From positions 1,468 to 65,467 of the forward strand of contig CAIKNA010000338.1 in NCBI GenBank assembly GCA_903828645.1: a stretch of 64,000 nt of DNA, written 5' to 3'. A model generated the notes under the pieces. The model was given only the letters and a program-made list of their open reading frames with translations. It had not been told where the DNA came from and did no database searches. The translations under genes and the position numbers were made by a program. This document shows positions 61,139 to 64,000 of this stretch, piece by piece; the first letter of the stretch is position 1; the number at the start of each line of letters is the position of its first letter. Source of the DNA: an uncultured Bacteroidales bacterium (lineage in GTDB: Bacteria > Bacteroidota > Bacteroidia > Bacteroidales > FEN-979).

Positions 61139-62266
61139 ATGATAAAAATTGTTGCTGACAATAAAATTCCGTTTCTGAAAGGTGTCCTGGAACCCTATGC
61201 TTCTGTCAACTACCTGGATGGAAGGCAAATAGACCGCTTGGCAGTTGAAAATTGCGATGCCCTTCTGATCAGGACCCGTACAATTTGCAATTCATCCCTG
61301 CTTCGGGATTCAGCGGTCAAGTTTATTGCAACAGCAACCATAGGTTTCGACCACATCGATACAGGATATTGCTATTCCCGTTCAATCCGCTGGGTCAATG
61401 CCCCGGGATGCAATGCCGGTTCGGTGCAGCAGTATATCGCTTCAGTACTGGCCAACCTGGTTTTAAAACATCACTACTCCCTGGCAGGTAAAACACTTGG
61501 TATCATAGGAGTAGGACATGTTGGAAAGAAAGTCGAGGCGTTGGCCCGCCTCCTCGGTATGAAGGTCCTGTTGAACGACCCGCCACGGGCAAGAAAGGAA
61601 GGGAGGGCTGGATTTGTTCCGATTCACAGGCTATTAGTGGAGTCGGATATTGTAACGCTGCATGTTCCATTGAACAGGTCGGGGGAGGATATGACCTTGC
61701 ACCTGATCAACCAGGCCACACTCGGGCTCATGAAACCCGGTTCATGGCTTATCAACACATCACGCGGAGAAGTAGCCGATGGTGATTCACTTAATTCAGC
61801 ACTTACTGCCGGTCGCCTTGAAGGCACCGTACTTGATGTCTGGGAAAATGAACCTTCAATTGACCTGAAACTTTTAGAACAGGTTACCCTTGCAACTCCG
61901 CATATTGCCGGTTATTCAACCGATGGTAAATTAAACGGCACCGTTCAGGTGGTCAGAAAACTCGGAAATCATTTTAATCTTCCGATTGCTTCCTGGGAAC
62001 CTCCCGGGATCGCGGAACCATCGGATTCAATCATCACCTTCGACTGCCGGGATCATACATTGGAAAAAATAGCCTGCATGGCAATGCTTCACACCTATGA
62101 TGTGAATGATGATGATTTAAGGTTTCGTTCTAACCCGGGTGAATTCGAAAAACAAAGAGGCGATTATCCTGTCAGGAGAGAGTTCCCAGCTTATAAAATC
62201 AAGTTGTTAAATTGTCCCGACGCGGCAAGGGAGATATTTGAGACATTGGGGTTTTCGGGTGGTTGA
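61139..62266 (+). CDS. pdxB: 4-phosphoerythronate dehydrogenase
   Basis: It aligns by eye along its whole length with E. coli PdxB. Matching segments are KIVADNKIPF, DALLIRTRT, KFIATATIGFDHID, NAPGCNAGSVQQYI and GIIGVGHVGKK. Further matches are LNDPPRA, LHVPL, LINTSRGEV, LDVWENEP and TPHIAGYS. The C-terminal dimerisation-domain motif PGEFEKQRGDYPVRREF is also present. Confidence 0.88.
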   Translation: MIKIVADNKIPFLKGVLEPYASVNYLDGRQIDRLAVENCDALLIRTRTICNSSLLRDSAVKFIATATIGFDHIDTGYCYSRSIRWVNAPGCNAGSVQQYIASVLANLVLKHHYSLAGKTLGIIGVGHVGKKVEALARLLGMKVLLNDPPRARKEGRAGFVPIHRLLVESDIVTLHVPLNRSGEDMTLHLINQATLGLMKPGSWLINTSRGEVADGDSLNSALTAGRLEGTVLDVWENEPSIDLKLLEQVTLATPHIAGYSTDGKLNGTVQVVRKLGNHFNLPIASWEPPGIAEPSDSIITFDCRDHTLEKIACMAMLHTYDVNDDDLRFRSNPGEFEKQRGDYPVRREFPAYKIKLLNCPDAAREIFETLGFSGG

Positions 62267-62350
62267 AAACAAGTACAAAAGGGGCAAATCGGACTGAATC
62301 TTTTTTGGTCTTAAGGTGACTAAATTTTGAATTTTAAAATAAAATTAAGA

Positions 62351-63805
62351 ATGAAAAAATTTGCAGATATTGGTTTAATAGGACTGGCGGTGATGGGCGA
62401 GAATCTCGTCCTGAATATGGAAAGCAAAGGCTTTACGGTAGCGGTCTTTAACAGGTCGCTTGAAAAGATCGATCAGTTCATGAAAGATCGGGGAAACAAC
62501 AAGAACATCATCGGGACACATTCCCTGGAGGAATTTGTCAGAACCCTAGAACGACCCCGCAAAGTGATGCTGATGGTGAAGGCCGGAAAACCGGTGGATG
62601 AATTTATCGAACTTTTAATTCCTTACCTGGAACATGGGGATATCATCATTGACGGCGGAAATTCGCATTTCCCCGATTCAAACCGCCGGACGGCATACCT
62701 GGAAAGCAAGGGCTTGTTGTTTATCGGAACAGGGGTCTCCGGTGGCGAAGAGGGTGCCCTGCGCGGACCCTCCATCATGCCCGGAGGTTCTCCGGCAGCA
62801 TGGCTGCTTGTAAAACCCATTTTCCAGGCCATCGCTGCCAAAGTAAGTGATGGAACTCCCTGTTGTGACTGGGTGGGCGAAAACGGGGCGGGTCACTTTG
62901 TCAAAATGGTGCATAACGGGATCGAATATGGCGACATGCAGATCATCTGCGAAGCCTACCAGGTTATGAGAGATATGCTTGGCATGAAGGCGGAAGAGAT
63001 ACACCTGGTTTTCAAAGAATGGAATGAAGGCGACCTGGGAAGCTACCTGATCGAAATCACAAGCGATATTTTTGCCTTCCGTGATGCTGATGGAACGGCA
63101 CTGGTCGACAACATCCTGGATGCTGCGGGACAGAAAGGAACCGGGAAATGGACCGGGGTTGCTGCGCTCGATCTTGGAGTACCGCTGACACTGATCGGTG
63201 AAGCGGTTTTTGCCCGTTGCCTCTCCTCTCAAAAGGAGGAGCGCGTGGAAGCCTCAAAGCTCCTGGCAACTCCTTCCCATGCTTTCAAGGGTGAACGGGA
63301 ACTTTTTCTCCGCCATTTAAAAGATGCCCTGTATGGGTCGAAGATCGTTTCGTATGCGCAGGGATACCTGCTGATGCGGGCCGCAGCAAAAGAATACGGA
63401 TGGAACCTGAACTATGGAGGTATTGCCATGATGTGGCGGGGCGGATGTATCATCCGTTCCAATTTCCTGGACAAGATCCGGGATGCCTATATGTTAAACA
63501 ACCAACTGACCAACCTTTTACTTGACCCGTTTTTCAGCAACACCATCATGGATGCACAGCCTGGCTGGCGGAATGTAATATCCGAAGCTGCTTTGAATGG
63601 GATCCCGGTCCCGGCCATGTCGTCGGCTCTTGCTTATTTTGACGGGTTCAGGACTGCAAACCTACCGGCAAATCTGCTTCAGGCCCAGCGCGACTATTTC
63701 GGAGCTCATACGTACGAGCGGACCGACCGGCCACGCGGTGAATTCTTTCATACGAACTGGACCGGAAGGGGAGGAGAAACATCCTCGTCAACCTATAATG
63801 TGTGA
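62351..63805 (+). CDS. gnd: NADP-dependent 6-phosphogluconate dehydrogenase (decarboxylating)
   Basis: I use the ATG at 62351 (MKKFADIGLIGLAVMGENLVLNM); the track start at 62327 is a TTG. Motifs are GTGVSGGEEGA..GPS.MPGG, HFVKMVHNGIEYGDMQ, GQKGTGKW and RDYFGAHTYER. Confidence 0.93.
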   Translation: MKKFADIGLIGLAVMGENLVLNMESKGFTVAVFNRSLEKIDQFMKDRGNNKNIIGTHSLEEFVRTLERPRKVMLMVKAGKPVDEFIELLIPYLEHGDIIIDGGNSHFPDSNRRTAYLESKGLLFIGTGVSGGEEGALRGPSIMPGGSPAAWLLVKPIFQAIAAKVSDGTPCCDWVGENGAGHFVKMVHNGIEYGDMQIICEAYQVMRDMLGMKAEEIHLVFKEWNEGDLGSYLIEITSDIFAFRDADGTALVDNILDAAGQKGTGKWTGVAALDLGVPLTLIGEAVFARCLSSQKEERVEASKLLATPSHAFKGERELFLRHLKDALYGSKIVSYAQGYLLMRAAAKEYGWNLNYGGIAMMWRGGCIIRSNFLDKIRDAYMLNNQLTNLLLDPFFSNTIMDAQPGWRNVISEAALNGIPVPAMSSALAYFDGFRTANLPANLLQAQRDYFGAHTYERTDRPRGEFFHTNWTGRGGETSSSTYNV

Positions 63806-63857
63806 AGGAAATGACAAATGACAAATTAATGTGTATAAACCACTTATTTAGAATTAA

Positions 63858-64000
63858 ATGAAAAAGATATTCCTGGTAAGTCTTATTGTAACTGTGGCAG
63901 TCATCCAGACTTTTGCACAAATAAAAGCCGACAAAAGACCCTTCACCGATTATTTTAATACCGACAGTTGCACCTTTCTGACTTCCGGGCGAAATACCTA
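63858..64000 (+). CDS. Start of a secreted hypothetical protein, cut by the right window edge (absent from ORF track)
   Basis: The ATG at 63858 gives MKKIFLVSLIVTVAVIQTFAQIKADKRPFTDYFNTDSCTFLTSGRNT..., a classic signal peptide. The frame is open to the end of the window. Confidence 0.55.
   Translation, partial: MKKIFLVSLIVTVAVIQTFAQIKADKRPFTDYFNTDSCTFLTSGRNT

Overview
Bacteroidota-type chromosomal segment, identified by a SusC/SusD pair, a hybrid two-component/AraC regulator and several T9SS type-A C-terminal sorting domains. The window has two parts.

(1) 1-27.9 kb is an accessory, visibly decaying region. It holds lectin-like surface-protein genes, one of which runs off the left edge and is missing from the ORF track. 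It holds a Type I R-M locus: hsdM broken by a 1-nt frameshift in a C5 run, a nested DUF1016/YhcG PDDEXK gene, hsdS, an 85-aa AlbA_2/wHTH relic and hsdR. It also holds two RadC 3'-end relics that share a terminator, and two convergent giant paralogous surface proteins with tandem Cys-containing Ig-like repeats. Between those two lies junk DNA with a TIR-like fragment and an antisense lectin-domain fragment. Further features are several multi-lesion pseudogenes, an IS4-family transposase relic plus a solo copy of the same IS end, tRNA-Leu(CAG), a GH16-like protein, an M1 aminopeptidase, a short XdhC and an ABC-ATPase relic.

(2) 27.9-63.8 kb is about 36 kb of genes all on the + strand. It starts with SusC/SusD, followed by a three-member family of DNRLRE/beta-helix proteins that I cannot assign to a CAZy family, a clan-GH-A-like hydrolase and the HTCS regulator. 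Next come a 1602-aa T9SS protein with an alpha/beta-hydrolase nested inside an FN3 domain, and two apparently non-catalytic T9SS binding proteins. Then come a GH2 with the glucuronidase N-x-K motif, a SASA-type esterase, uxuB, kdgK and a LarA-like protein, and finally pdxB and gnd.

The best candidate for something new is this polysaccharide utilization locus (PUL). I found no CRISPR array, rRNA, reverse transcriptase or intact recombinase. All homology statements are from reading the translations by eye; no searches were run.
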